Below the pieces are notes generated by a model. That model did not search any database, was not told the DNA's origin, and saw only the letters and a list, made by a program, of their open reading frames with translations. A DNA stretch of 64,000 nt from Azolla caroliniana (taxonomy: Eukaryota; Plantae; Polypodiophyta): assembly GCA_043228905.1 (NCBI GenBank), contig JBHGNT010000016.1, forward strand, positions 2,976,001-3,040,000, written 5' to 3'. Below, one piece after another: positions 39,801 through 52,002 of the stretch. Numbering within the stretch: position 1 is the first letter of the stretch; each line of letters opens with the position of its first letter. The position numbers and the translations under genes were made by a program.

Positions 39801-40279
39801 TGCTTGAACATCCTGAACTCCCAAAAAACCCAGCTGCTGAAGATCGGCTCACTCGACTCCAAGAAGTTCAGGATATGCTTTTGCATCATTTATGTGAAGC
39901 CCAAAACACTCAAAAGAAGATTGTTGACCGTCATCGGCGTGATTCATCGACTACATTTCAAGTAGGCGATCGTGTATGGCTCTTACAAGGTAGCATTAAA
40001 ACGACCCGACCTTGCTACAAATTGGATTATCAACGTTTTGGCCCATATGTCATAAGTGGTAAGATCAATGATGTGACATTTCGTCTTGATCTTCCTCCTC
40101 ATATGCGTCTTCACCCGGTCTTCCATGTATGTCTTCATGACATTCATCTTGGCGAACCAGGAATCGAACCCATAACCTCTTGGTTTACATATTGTACTTT
40201 AACCATTGTAATAACATATGTGAGATGTAATCATAATAATTATATGTTTAGTTATTACGAGATATTTAGAACATTCTAG
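36803..40279 (+). CDS. pol: Gypsy Pol (protease, RT, RNase H, integrase) in the -1 frame; C-terminus truncated and reading into the LTR
   Basis: ALLDSGA, YRGLNKVT, VYLDDILI, ADASDFALG, HHCC zinc finger, ISDRGPQF, GPY, HPVFHV. The frame is open upstream of 36842 and overlaps the end of gag. Confidence 0.9.
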   Translation, partial: VKRISPAKIGAIWLDHPSYVESVPSCGSISSNQVSRVFSAQVELSTSTGHRALASALLDSGANSCFMDREFALTQNIILKKLPNPVAVGVIDGRPIASGDIVEESEPIRVVLGNLASVISFNIISSPEHSLVLGLPWFELHNPTIDWRKRTIEEVTVQSKSLEAPTKDLGSPTISTISIHQLREDGRKEDMMVFAVLATPSSSSQELGVQLPKKYIEFSDVFDKVKANRLPEHRPYDCPIDLQPGKEPPWGPIYNLSPTELEVLREYINENLANGFIQHSKSPAGAPIFFVKKKDGTLRMVVDYRGLNKVTVRNRYALPLISSLLERLSEAKYFTKLDLRGAYNLVRIRPGDEWKTAFRTRYGHFEYTVMPFGLTNAPAVFQHMANDIFRDFLDIFIIVYLDDILIYSKTQEEHDIHVRQVLQRLREYGLYAKLEKCSFDQRQVEFLGYIVSSNGISMDPSKVQTILDWQTPQSVRDVQCFLGFANFYRKFIKDYSKIVLPLTQLTHKNRSFVWSIDANSAFEGLKQAFTSAPILIHVDPMRRFILEADASDFALGSVLSQIGDDGELHPVAFHSRKFEAAEINYEIHDKELLAIVDSFQQWRHFLEGSSEQIIVYNDHKNLTYFQSARVLNRRQARWAQFLTRFDFVILYRPGMQQGKADALSRRSYMELQPGEAAFESQKQILLGPDRLRIMAMHTINTLGDSRLLDSIREQIATDAFAQEVLSHIIPNRASSSQTQNPRLDYTQFSWHDGLLFRQTLLYVPDGPSRLKVMQQCHDTPMAGHFGIHKTFELISRRYWWPRLRHFVTDYVRSCDTCCRSKKPRHHPYGLLQPMPIPESPWKSISLDFITDLPPSKGFDSILTVVDRFTKMAHFLPCTKTITSQETADLLMREVFRHHGLPDDIISDRGPQFISKFWRHMFRLLHTSCKLSSGYHPETNGQSERTNQTVEQYLRCFVNYQQDDWVDLLPLAEFAYNNSEHSSTGYSPFFANIGYHPRWTMLEHPELPKNPAAEDRLTRLQEVQDMLLHHLCEAQNTQKKIVDRHRRDSSTTFQVGDRVWLLQGSIKTTRPCYKLDYQRFGPYVISGKINDVTFRLDLPPHMRLHPVFHVCLHDIHLGEPGIEPITSWFTYCTLTIVITYVRCNHNNYMFSYYEIFRTF

Positions 40280-40656
40280 ATTATTCTAGAATGTTCTTGA
40301 ATATTTCATGATTATATTTATTATTATTATTATTCATAAATATCTAAAATATTCTAGAACATTCTAGAATACTCCATAAGGGCCTATAAATAAGAGTCCA
40401 TACACTCATCACAACTCATTCGGTTCAACACCAGTCTTTAGCCCTTAGCCTACTCCTTGTAATCTTCTTTCTCATAATATAATCGCATTCCCATTTCTTA
40501 TCTCTCACTTATACTTTTCTCTCTCTCGCACTCTCTCCCTCTTTCACTCTCTTTCTATCACTATCGTTATCTCTACCGCTCTCGCCATCTCTATCGTTAT
40601 CGTTATCTCTATCGCCATCGCTCTCTCTCTCTGCTTCCTACTCAAGAGTCACGACA

Positions 40657-41995
40657 ACATCCTCCCGTCTCTGCGCCCTTGCGCAATGACTTCGCCCTCA
40701 TCCTCAATGAAGCACCCGAGGTGCGTAAACCGCACCTGCATCCCCTGGTCGACAATCTGACCGACGGACACCAGGTTCTTCGTGATTGTCGGAACGTGTA
40801 ATACGTTCATCAACTTCCCTTTCTGTCCGACGTGGCTTAGAGGGACTTCTCCGATGTGCACAATTGGGTGAGTGTCGTCTCCGGTTTCGACTACTCCTGG
40901 TTGATCCGGTTTCTCCAGAAAGGAGAACCACTCTTTGTGGCTCGTCATGTGGTTTGACGCGCCGGAATCAACATACCACACTTCCTCCGTTTTGGAAGTG
41001 GTCTTCTTCATTGAGTTTGCCTTGTGATTCATCACCAAGGCTGGCCCCTTACCGGCCTTTCCGGTTCCGGATCCTCCTGATCCGTTTGCGTAGTGCGAGT
41101 TTTGCCGGCCATCCTTACCGGTCTTGCCGGATCCAGATTTGTCCGAATCGGTACGCTTTCTCCAGCACTCGCTTTCCCTGTGGCCTTTTTTGCCACAGTA
41201 CCAGCATTCCGTAGCGGATTTGTCTTGCCGGCCTCCGGCACCGCCTTGACTCCCCCTGCTTGTGGAAGTCCCGGAACTGCTGTCGACACACTCATAGTGC
41301 CTCCGTTCCTGCTCTTGCCGGCTGCCTCCATTGCGTGCCGACCCACCTCTTCCACCACGCCCATAGTGCCGATCCGTTCCCATGTACAACATTCGGCTAT
41401 CCGGGGATGCACTGGTAGATGCACCGGCGTGGTTCTCCTCTACAAGGAGCATCGACTGTAAGTCGAAGAATGAGGGGGTATTCTCCCTTGTACACACCGC
41501 AGTCCGGAACGCTCCGAACTTGGACGCCAGGCCTCCGAGACATACCTGCACCATCTCGTCTTCCTCTACGGTAACATTGATAGAGGCGAGTGAGTCGCAA
41601 ATCTCCTTTATCCGGCCCGTGTAGTCTGCCACGGACATGTTCTTCTGTCGAACATTGCTCAACTCCTGTCTGAGTTGCAGCTTCCAGGCAGTGGTGCTTG
41701 CGGCGAAAACCTTTTTCAGGTTCCCCCAAGCATCCTTCGGTGTCTTGGCGTCACGGATGTGGCTGAGCAGCTGATCGCCGACACTGGATGCGAAGCAGTA
41801 CATCACCCTGCTTGCCGCCTATTCCCATACCGGGAAGTCCTTGTGTGCCGAGTCTGGCGCCGCATCATTCGCTCCTTCGACATAACTCCAGTACCCGTGT
41901 CCAAGCAGGTACTGGTGCATCTTGTAAGACCAGGATGCGTAGTTGCTCCTGTTGAGCTTTTCCACCGGGAGCGACGTAGCCATGCCTCTATCCAT
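40657..41995 (-). pseudogene. Element B gag-protease
   Basis: ATG at 41995 and a stop at 41819-41821; CCHC CWYCGKKGHRESEC; protease WYVDSGAS. The frame continues across element C into 35053. Confidence 0.9.
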
Positions 41996-42131
41996 GTCTT
42001 CTACTGTGTCTGTTTTCGACCTGTTAGGGTTTTCTTCTCAAGAGTAAATGTCTGCAGCAGAGGTTCTCAACCCTCACGCTCTGATACCATGTAAACGTAA
42101 GTGTTTGCGGAAGCGTAAAACAGAGAACAAC

Positions 42132-42176
<45 letters not shown>

Positions 42177-44254
42177 GCAGAACACAATTTCAAAATTATA
42201 TCGAGACTCTGTACTACACATTGTGCTAAGTAGCACTATTTATACAAGTCCTCTTGGGACTGACAGAAGTACCATGTACTTCAATGCTCACACGAGCATC
42301 TGACACTTACTACGAGACTATAGATACCTAGTAGTCTATCCTATTCTAGGCTTCCGATTGGACTGCCGGTTACGGATTGCACCCGGCCTCCACTGCTTGC
42401 CGGTTCGGTTGCTCACCGTCATACCGATCCGCTTCGCTCGATCCGTCTCGCTTACCGGCTCCGACTTATTCAGCCGATCCGGCTCCGGTTGAGCTTGCCG
42501 CTCAACACTTCTGCTGCTTAACGTAACCATATAATTAGTCTCTAATTAACCTTAGTTAATTACCTAATTACTTAACATTGTTCATGCCCCTCAATCTCTT
42601 GTTTCTCGCAGGGGGGAAATGTGGTGTGCATGTGCTCCTTTGTGCCACCCTTTTAGCTCACCCTTTTTAGGATGCACGTACCCAAGTTGAACCACCCTTT
42701 TAGCACACCCTTTTTAGCCAAGCCAACCCAAATGGGTCCCGTTGTATCAACTATAAATTGATTAAGTAGATTGGTTTTGATCTCTTATGTGCATTTCACA
42801 ATATCGATCTGCTCAACTATAATGCAAGACCCATTGATAAAAAATGGTGATGGATGGATGGACCATATCATTGCTCAAAAATCAATCTACTCCATTGTGG
42901 CGCGAGACCCATTGAGAAAAAACTCACAATTGATTGAACCACATTGTTACTCAAAATCGTTGATATGAATTGGCCTTTCGGGGAGGTTGAAGCAAGGCAC
43001 TTGGGGTATTAACAAGGACATAGGGAGAAATGACGAGAAGTTTGGGGCATCTTCGAGCTTTTCTATAAGCTCAATGCTATGTAATGTATTTATTCAGTTA
43101 AACTTTGAACAAGTATCACACTGATTTTGATTGCCCATTCTACATTTCAGATAGATTATAAAGAAGAATTGTTTCGTTTCAATATGTATAATGCACTTAA
43201 TTTAGGGTAAGAAATGTGTTTTTAGGCCTAAAGTAAGACAAAGGAGTGTGTGGTTTGGGAGGATGTTTAGGTTTTAGGGATCTTGTATTCTTGATCTGTT
43301 TGCAAACTTGGTCGTAATAGATCACGAATATTAGATTCCAAAGGAAAATGTCAAAATCTAAAACTATCACTTCCTTAGCTCCCCCTAAGCCTAGAACCAT
43401 AATAATTTTTTGATCATCTGTCATTGAGCCCCACCCCTCTATGTCGATCTAATATCTACTCTTATAACAAACAACACATGCATCATAGAAATGTCATTAA
43501 ACCTAGTGTTTCTCTCGAGGCATTAGTTTTCCACCTTAATGTTTTCTCTTCTATTGTTAGTGTTCCTTACATTAGCTTTTGATTTCTATCATCTAAACTT
43601 TGAAGAAAGTTATTCATAATTTGTCATGAGACAGAATTTCCTCAAATTTGAATTCCCAAGTTAATGATAAACTTGGCCATCAATTTATTGGGACATGTTC
43701 TCTTCTCACATAAGTTTATATATGAATTCTAGGTCTTTGAACGTGAAACAACCATTTCACCGATGTGTGTGACATTGGAATGTTGAGGATAACTTCCAAA
43801 ACAATGAGGAAAACCAACATTCTTGTCTAGGCACATTGGATCATAACCCAATAGACAAATATCATCTCAGTATGTGAGTGTAAGATCATTTGCCATAGCA
43901 ATGTTATGTCGATAACCATTCACCATATCAATGCATCAATCCCATAATATTCATGGTTAATAATGGCAATGCAAGGTAGTTAGAGGATACATGTATGTAA
44001 ATATGCAATTATGTTCTTATTTGAATTAATTTCTATAATAATGAGTATTTACATCAAGCACACATATGTTAAGACATTTTGGACTTTCCATGAACCAAGC
44101 CTAAAGAATCATACATATGAAAATCAATATAGTGTATTACCTATATGATAGCCAACTTGATTTAGTTGATAACTTGGAGAGGTTCAATGTTAGCAACAAC
44201 TATCTTTTATACACTCACATTAGCATTAAATATATTAACTCTAGCTTACTCTCT

Positions 44255-44625
44255 CTCTTGCTTACTCTAGTGGTAAGTTCATAGACGACTAATCTTGGGT
44301 CTTGGGTCAAGTGTCCGATTTTGACACCTCTCTAGCTTGCCCTAGTGGTAAGTTCTTAGACGACTAATCTGGAGCCTTGGGGTCAAGCGTCCGACTTGAA
44401 CAACTCTCTAGCTTACCCTAGTGGTAAGTTCTTAGACGACAAATCTTGGGCCTTGGGATAAAGAATCCTACTTTAACACCACCTCTCTAGCTTGCCCTAG
44501 TGGTAAGTTCTTAGACGACGAATCTTGGGCCTTGGGATAAATGTGTTAGCTTACCCTAGTGGTAAGTTCTTAGATGACTAATCTTGGGCCTTGGGGTCAA
44601 GCGTTTGACTTTAAAACCTCTCTAT
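44255..44625. repeat. Tandem array, ~5 units of 65-78 bp
   Basis: ctagtggtaagttcttagacgactaatcttgggccttggg occurs five times with similar linkers. Confidence 0.9.
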
Positions 44626-45006
44626 TACACCATATTTTCCTTAATTTACTAGTTACCATTGAGGAATGTAGGGTTTGAACACATAACCTTCTAGTCTCTA
44701 TTTAACCACCTTACCAATTAAACTACATGCTCTCTTTTTTACTTTATTTTATAACTAATGTAATGCCTTTCATTACAAAATAAAACACTACCGTGACTAA
44801 CTCACAACAAACTTTAGAGCTTTAGGTACCAAGGTCTATTAGATTTTGGGTGGTTAGAAAGTATAGAGCATTGTGGTATGATTTGTCATCACTTTGGATA
44901 TCCAATTGAGGTGGAAATCTCTCGTGTGAAACTTATTAAGTGGGTAGTTAAAAAATAGAGGATAAATTTATTATTGGAGGTCTCAATCCTGACCTTTTCT
45001 TGTATG

Positions 45007-45008
<2 letters not shown>

Positions 45009-45054
<46 letters not shown>
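45009..45054. repeat. (TC)n microsatellite
   Basis: Direct observation. Confidence 0.95.
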
Positions 45055-45058
<4 letters not shown>

Positions 45059-45099
45059 AAATGCATCACGAAATGTAGTTCAAAGAAAAAATGGTTCAA

Positions 45100-46320
45100 T
45101 AAAGAATGTCATGAAGCTCGAAAGCGCCTTATGATTTTGGATGTAGTTAAGGATAAAGAAAATTATCAAAAGCATTTGCATGAATACAAAAGGCTTATTC
45201 AAAGAAAGAGAAGAATATGGGAAGTTACTCAACAATTCTCCAAACACAAGAGAAAGCACGTGCATGTGCTAAATTTTGGGGAAATCTAAAGGGGAAACGT
45301 GTTGAGAGTTATGATAACTAAACGCTTCTTGACTTGTCTATGCATTGTAAGAATCTATATGAGCTATCTCTTGTCAGAAATATGATGTGTTATAGTTCTC
45401 TTCCACATAGGTTTCCCTTCTTTATAATCGAATATATATGCCATAGGACTTAAGAAATTGACCTCTCGAAAGGCAAACAATCTTCAATGTATAAAGGTTG
45501 AAATGCTCAAATGGACGGGAAATGAAGCACATGCATGGATAAGTGATATGTTTAATCATGCCTTGCAACATGGTATGCCATACGATTGGATTACAAATTG
45601 GATCAAACCTTTACATAAAGGAGGAGATGTAAATAGTGTAAACAACTATCAAACCATCATGGTTGACTCACTAATGGCAAAACTATTTGGATGTATAATG
45701 GAATCAAAGATAAGTGCATGGGCTAAAAAAAATGGTAAGAGAGCTTATGGATAAGTTGGCTTTCAAAAACACCATAGCACCATTGATCACCTTGTCAACC
45801 TTCAAGTATTAATGGAGGAAAGTCACCTTGGAGGTAAAGGTTTATATTGTTGCTTCGTGGACTTTAAGAAAGCTTTTGATATGGTACCTCTTGAGCATCT
45901 TTGGAGGCGAATGGAAGAACTCGAGGTGCCAAGTGAATATATGCTTGCAATCTTCCAAATATATGAGAAGGTTATATGGTGTGTGCGTATGAGCAATAAA
46001 CTTTCTGATATTTTCAATAGCACTATTGGTGTTAAACAAGGATGCCCACTCTCACCAACTTTATTTGGTCTATGGTCTATGCATTGATGAATTGGAAGAA
46101 ATGGTTGCCAAGTTTGCAAAATGAAGGTGTTAAAGAAGTTGCAATTGGGAATGTTGTCATTATGCTTTTGCTATATACGGATGATGTAGTGCTTTTTGCA
46201 AATACATTAGGAGATGCGCAAAAGCTTATGAAGGCATTAGAAAAAATTTGCTTGCATACTAAATTAAGTGTCAATAGCTCTAAAACAAAGATTATGCTTG
46301 TGAAGAGCCAAAAAAAAAGA
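45100..46320 (+). mobile_element. LINE reverse-transcriptase fragment (pseudogene)
   Basis: WIKPLHKGGDVNSVNNYQTI, YCCFVDFKKAFDMVP, GVKQGCPLSPTLF, LLYTDDVVL, with stops and frameshifts. Confidence 0.88.
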
Positions 46321-47634
46321 CAACATCAAGAGTCGCTACTCACTTTCACACGTATCACATGAAATGTAATATTTTTTGTCTCATAGGTCATATTTGACCT
46401 CCAAAAACAATTATATAATCTATCTATCTCTCCCCCTCCCCCCTCCCGCATTCAAAGTGTGTTATGTCAATTTAGTTGCATGATATTGTAGCCAAGTAAT
46501 CAAATAGCAATACGATGATTTGAGATTGTTTAGTCACATGTACTTTGAGAATGTTGACCGAAGTAACTTGAATGATTTTTGTAGTGATTGTAAGTCTTTT
46601 CTATTTATTAGTTCAATTTGCATAATATTGGGCAACTAGATGAGTTTCCTACTTTCGAGATACTATCACGCTCCATATTGGCAAATGTTGGTCAACATAT
46701 GAGACCGTGATATCTATTAAAAATTCACTTTGGTAGATGGTTTCCTACTTTCGATATATTCTCAAATTCCACATTGACAAATGTTGGTCAATCTTCGAGG
46801 CCAATTGTGCTTCCTTGGGTGAAGAAAAAGTTTCAATCTCTAGATAATTCTATAAGAACATAGGAATTGTATGGTTCTAGATCTTATATCCATTACTCAT
46901 CAATAAGAGCGTATTAACAACTTAGGCAAATAAATATGACTCATTCACATATAGCATTTTCTATAAGTGTGATCCAAAGCATGCAACTCATCATCAACTA
47001 AATTTATATCTATATTTTATTGATGAGATGCATCAATTTTTTAAATGCAATGGAAGTGGTGTATTTTTTATTCATTTCATATTCTACTTTGAGATAGGAT
47101 GACAAGTATTCTTAAAAAATGCATCATTGCATGAATCCACAATCCACATTTGAGCTTGACCAATCATGTTTGAAGGGATGAGGAATATGTGTCTCCTTTG
47201 ATAATAATACATAATACATTCATTGAGTGTCATAATGATTTGAGTAGTTTTATTTTCTTTCAAGAAAGTAGGTTTTGAACGTAAATAAGAGAAACGAACC
47301 AAGTTACATGGCCCATGCAACTTACATGAAATTATGGAAAAGTTCAAATTTGGACAAGTCAAAGAAAACTTTGATTGGTAGAATAATTTATAATTTTCGA
47401 AAGTGAATTGATTGTTTAATCATCCAAATGTGGGCATGCCAAGTTTATGGGAAGCCATAAAGTTGCATATGAAAAACTTTTGGGCAAAGTATCATGGAGA
47501 AGGAATTTACTTGATATATGGAAATATACGTTTTTACTAAGTATAATATGCAAAAGTATAAAGATATAGTCACGACTCACAAGTAAATTACCAATTTTTG
47601 TATGGTATGTTTCACCAATCTTTTACATCCCAAG

Positions 47635-47780
47635 CATGAATGAATAGTAGAAGTTATTCAAACACAAACAAGAAGAGGTGTGGTCTACGAGAGCTTGAAA
47701 AGGACTGGTTGTCATGAATGAATAGTAGAAATTATTCAAACACAAACAACAAGAGTTATGGTCTGCAAGCGCTTGAAAGA
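47635..47780. repeat. Imperfect tandem duplication, period ~78 bp
   Basis: catgaatgaatagtagaa.ttattcaaacacaaacaa.aagag.t.tggtct...gcttgaa occurs twice. Confidence 0.8.
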
Positions 47781-50700
47781 ACAAGAGAATCACGATATAA
47801 AATAATATCGAAAGGAATTTAGGGAAAGGGTAGAGAACTTGCATATACGAGCAATATTGACCATTGAGCAAAAAGATAGAACTTGTGTTATGGTTTAAGA
47901 GCAAAACATTTGTGATTATAAAAAAAATAGAGATAAATCATGAGTTTTTTTTCTACGTTGTAGACAATGATTCCGAAATTATAATTTATGATAGATGTTG
48001 AAACACGTCCATCTTTGACACCTATATATTGTGTCATGTAAGCTCATTTTCTTATTCATGCATCTTTTTCTTTTACGAGTATTGTTTTATAAAATAATGC
48101 AACTCGAGTAAATCTAGGTGATTCCTTGTTGTTACACACATGTACACCCGTGACTACATAAACAAACTTTATAGTAGGAGAGAGAGGTTTATCACATTAT
48201 GTTTTCACTTGTATGTATGAGCCATAAAGCTCGTAAACTCTTTATATACATGTTGGATAATAAGAGAAGCAAAGTATTTTGTGAAAACTTGAGGGATATT
48301 GTGAGAATTTTGTGAGAATTTAGCGATATTTTCATGAGTCTCTTTAAGCATTACAAAATATAACTCTTCCTTGCAACCATATTTTTGTAACCTTGGTGAT
48401 GTCAACATTTGGTCTTGCTAGCATCGAGTAATCTACATTCCATTGATTCATGTATTATTTACTTTTTTTCTTTGGAAAACACGTAGGAATACATCTTTTT
48501 TTTATGGGAGACTAGTTTTTACAATGTAGTTCTCATGATCTAGCCCTTCTCATGTTTATTAAATAAAAATTACACTGACTTCACATTAGATGTAGGTCTT
48601 TTGCTTAACATGAGTGAGCATATGTCCTACCCTAGAATTTGCACAAGCATATGCTCTCTTTTGCATTGCTAAATATTGTCACTTTGAGTCCTTTACTTAT
48701 AGATAGTAATAATGGTTTTTTGTTTTACTATAAATTATGTACTTCTTTGGACCGACATCCACTCCGACAAAAAAACACATAGTACAATTCTAATGCACAA
48801 CTTATGAGGAATATTTCTTTGGTGAGTTTTGTGGTATGTAGTATTTCTCACTCGTGGCGGCACTTGATTTTGTCATCTATAGTGTCTCTCAAACTCGTGA
48901 TGAAGATATATCACCTTTGATAATTGAGATAATCAATAGCCATTTCTAGAATATTGCATAACTAAATATTTTTATAAAAAATACCATTATTTGTGTATAT
49001 TTTCAAATCACTACTTTAATGTCACGGATGTGTCATGGAAGAATCATATTGATCATGCAATAGGTATATGTGAAGATTCAACATTCCTTTGATTTTGTAA
49101 AAAGGCTACTTGCTTATATGATCGAATAATTAACCCTTATCTGGGAATTCTTTGATTTTTATTCATTATATCAATATCATAATGCAACATGTGCTTCCTT
49201 TTTGGGGGGACGAAACTAACATATCTCATCTTCAATGTGTCTTAATTTGGGTTTAATTTCATATTATCTCCTCTTTTGTGTGATTGATTATATATTCAGT
49301 TGGCAACCATATAATGCAATGCGTCATCCTATCTCTCTCATTTGAACCTTGAAACCCATCAAGATTTAACTAACTATAGGTCCATTAGAGAAAACAGAGA
49401 TGATCTAGAGGATGAGAAAAGTGACCATCCATCTATTTTCAATCTAAGCAACCAATGAGTGTGAAGGCTAACTTGAACATTACACACAATCAACATTTTT
49501 TGCTAATAGAGATTCTAGATATACGTTACGATGGCTAGTCTTCAACTCACATGCATGTAGTAACATAATTTACTACAAAGAGATTCCATTCAATGACTAT
49601 GACATCCCAAAAGGTGATTGTTGTGACACGAATAAACTATTTACTAGGATGAGATCTTTCTGAATTCCTTATTGTTATTGCACAATTATGTCTTATTTAC
49701 CTACTATGCTTGCTAGAACAGAAGCAAGGCAAATATTCATTTTTTATAACCCTGTGTGGGTGTTTTGACCACACTATTGGTTACAAATTCTCATTGGAAA
49801 GAAGCAACCATGAAGATTATCCTTAAATTTTGATGTCCTAACTAATTGATTTTTTTAGAATCCCTTCTCCTATTTCACTTTAGAAGAAATAAAGACACCA
49901 TATGACAAAATTCATGCAGAGTGAAAATATTTAGAATGTTGTGAAGTACATTTACTAGAAAACAAGTTTGTTCGGTACCAGGATTGTGTAAATGTTATAG
50001 AATAGAACTTGAAAGCACCCAAGTGAAGGTAGTCCTCATTTAACGAGGAAGTCAAGTCTTTTTTGGTGAGGCTACTATATGAGATAATAAAAGGAGATCA
50101 AATTGTAGTCCAAAATTTCAATGGGTGTAAGGGGTAGAATTTTTTGCCAGTCTTGAGTTGTATTGTAAGCAAATTAGATAATTTACTATAGCGGTTGAAT
50201 GACCTGATGGTAGATCATCACTATAGGTTTGGAGAACAAGGTTCATTACGAATATGTGTAAAAGGTTTATTTTGTGCATTCCAACTTCATTATGCACACA
50301 TACATGTATATCACACATGTAACCTATATGTATTTCACAAATGTTTTATGTTTACATGTGCGGTTGACGAACAAGGTTTGATTCAAGGGAGGATGAATTT
50401 TTATGTGGTATCAATGTAAAAGAAACTTCAAAAGAAATGTGGTACTAATTTTTATGTGGATCCTGACTTCCAAATAAGACCACACAAGGAAACTCCAAAT
50501 GGTGTGAAACAAACCAATTCAAATTCACATCAGAGGACATCCATATGGTTCCAACATATTCTTATCTTAAGGCCAAGTAGCAAGAGTCAACATCCTACAT
50601 TGTCTCCCTACACCACACATGTGGAAGATGAATATTGTCAACGTAAAGTGTTGAGGATGGTCATCTCACAACATCCAAATGAGGAATTGGGATCCTATTT

Positions 50701-52002
50701 ATACCCACTTGCTTCATATCTATCCTTTACCTCCTTCCATAATTACATTGACACATTACGAAACACAACAAACATCAAACTTGTCATCTCACCACCATAG
50801 TTTAAAGGAGGTTCAAAGATCTAGATATATATTGTGCATTGCTACAACTATTAAAAAATCGAAAGGCGTGTGTGATAAAGGACGCTACGTCGTTTAGAGT
50901 GAGCTTCATGCTTCCTTCCATAGAGAATGGACAATAATTCTTTCCACCATTGTAGTTCATATCATGGGGGGTCCCCCGTGACAATGCTATTAACTTGCAC
51001 TTTCCATTTAGTATGCACCAATGAACATCTATATCATTCTTTTGGTATGGACTAGAATGATCTACTATCATCATCAACAATTTCTAGAAAGCATGTATTT
51101 TGAATTCCATGGTTGGCTATATGAACATATTCAGACAATACAAAAGTGAGGATTATGTTTAGAGTTTTGCAACCTTAGGTTAAGCAAAGTTGGAAATTTG
51201 ACATGAGGTAGGGATGTTTTCCCTAGTGGATTTGGTGTGACAAGGGAACTCACTAGCAATTGACATTTATATTACATAGAAAACACAAGCAAAAAACTCA
51301 TTGTTTGGCATAGATTATATTACCTTTGGGTTTGGAAGCATCCAAGCATACATAGATGCAGAGCTGAATTCAATACTCAAAGAGGTATTCGTGTAATCTT
51401 TGGAAAGTTGCTCAATCTTGATTAGATTATCCCTAGGTTGTCAATTGAGGATACCAAAGGGTGAATCCTATGCTTTTGAGGGTAACGGAGATCAAATAGT
51501 TCATTTGCAAATTGCCACAGTACAATGTATCTTATGAAAATGCAAGGGGCATTCGGATAAGGATCAAAGAAAGTAAATGGGTGTCCGAGTGTTTCTCCCT
51601 AAAACAAAATATCTAAGCTACCTCAAAGTTGTTGCGAGGGAGGTTCACATGAATAGAAATATGAATATAAGGCAATTTGTTTTTAGCAATTTGCCTTAGC
51701 CCTATGTACATTGTACATGGAACCTAAACTCCACACACGCCTATACATGCACATTACCACTACATACACCTACACATATATGCTACTACATACACATACA
51801 CATACACATACCATATACCATATACCATATACCATATACTTCATCACATGCTACATACATGTAACTCAATCCTCTTCCATGGACGTTCTTTTCTAACAAT
51901 AAATTACCTCATCGATAGTTCAAAGTTCCATTTTCTTATTTAACCCCCTCCCCAATTCTCTCTTTCAAATATTTCTCCCTATCCATAACCATAACCATAG
52001 CC

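Larger units (their letters stand above)
35054..40656 (+). mobile_element. Element C: young Ty3/gypsy of the Tf1/sushi (Tcn1-like chromovirus) type, innermost layer
   Basis: 5' LTR 35054-35602; 3' LTR homology 40135-40656 (near-identical, one substitution spotted); TSD ACATC (35049-35053, 40657-40661); domain order PR-RT-RH-INT. Confidence 0.95.
30957..42507 (-). mobile_element. Element B: full-length Ty1/copia inserted in the 3' LTR of A and interrupted by element C
   Basis: LTRs 42090-42507 (5') and 30957-31368 (3'); PBS-Met (gctctgatacca 42078-42089); PPT 31369-31380; TSD cttcc/cttct (1 mismatch). Confidence 0.95.
27016..42577 (+). mobile_element. Element A: Ty1/copia lacking RT and RNase H, with its 3' LTR split by element B
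   Basis: 5' LTR 27016-27456; PBS-Met tggtatcagagc 27457-27468; PPT 30569-30580; 3' LTR 30581-30956 plus 42508-42577; TSD TTGTT (27011-27015, 42578-42582). Confidence 0.95.
25833..42800 (+). mobile_element. Element D: miniature non-autonomous LTR retrotransposon (TRIM-like), outermost layer of the nest
   Basis: LTRs 25833-26028 and 42620-42800 (TG...CA, 15-bp indel); PBS tggtggagatgcggggta (26032-26049) complementary to the tRNA-Ala 3' end; PPT cagggggg-aaa before 42620; 4-bp TSD ATAT; about 1 kb of internal sequence. Confidence 0.88.

Noticed and set aside
27690-42094. Many overlapping antisense or alternate-frame ORFs within the retroelements
   Set aside because: These are expected shadow ORFs of GC-rich coding sequence and carry no independent motifs.
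44255-44625. CRISPR-like repeat/spacer appearance
   Set aside because: The linkers are homologous to one another, the context is eukaryotic, and there are no cas genes.
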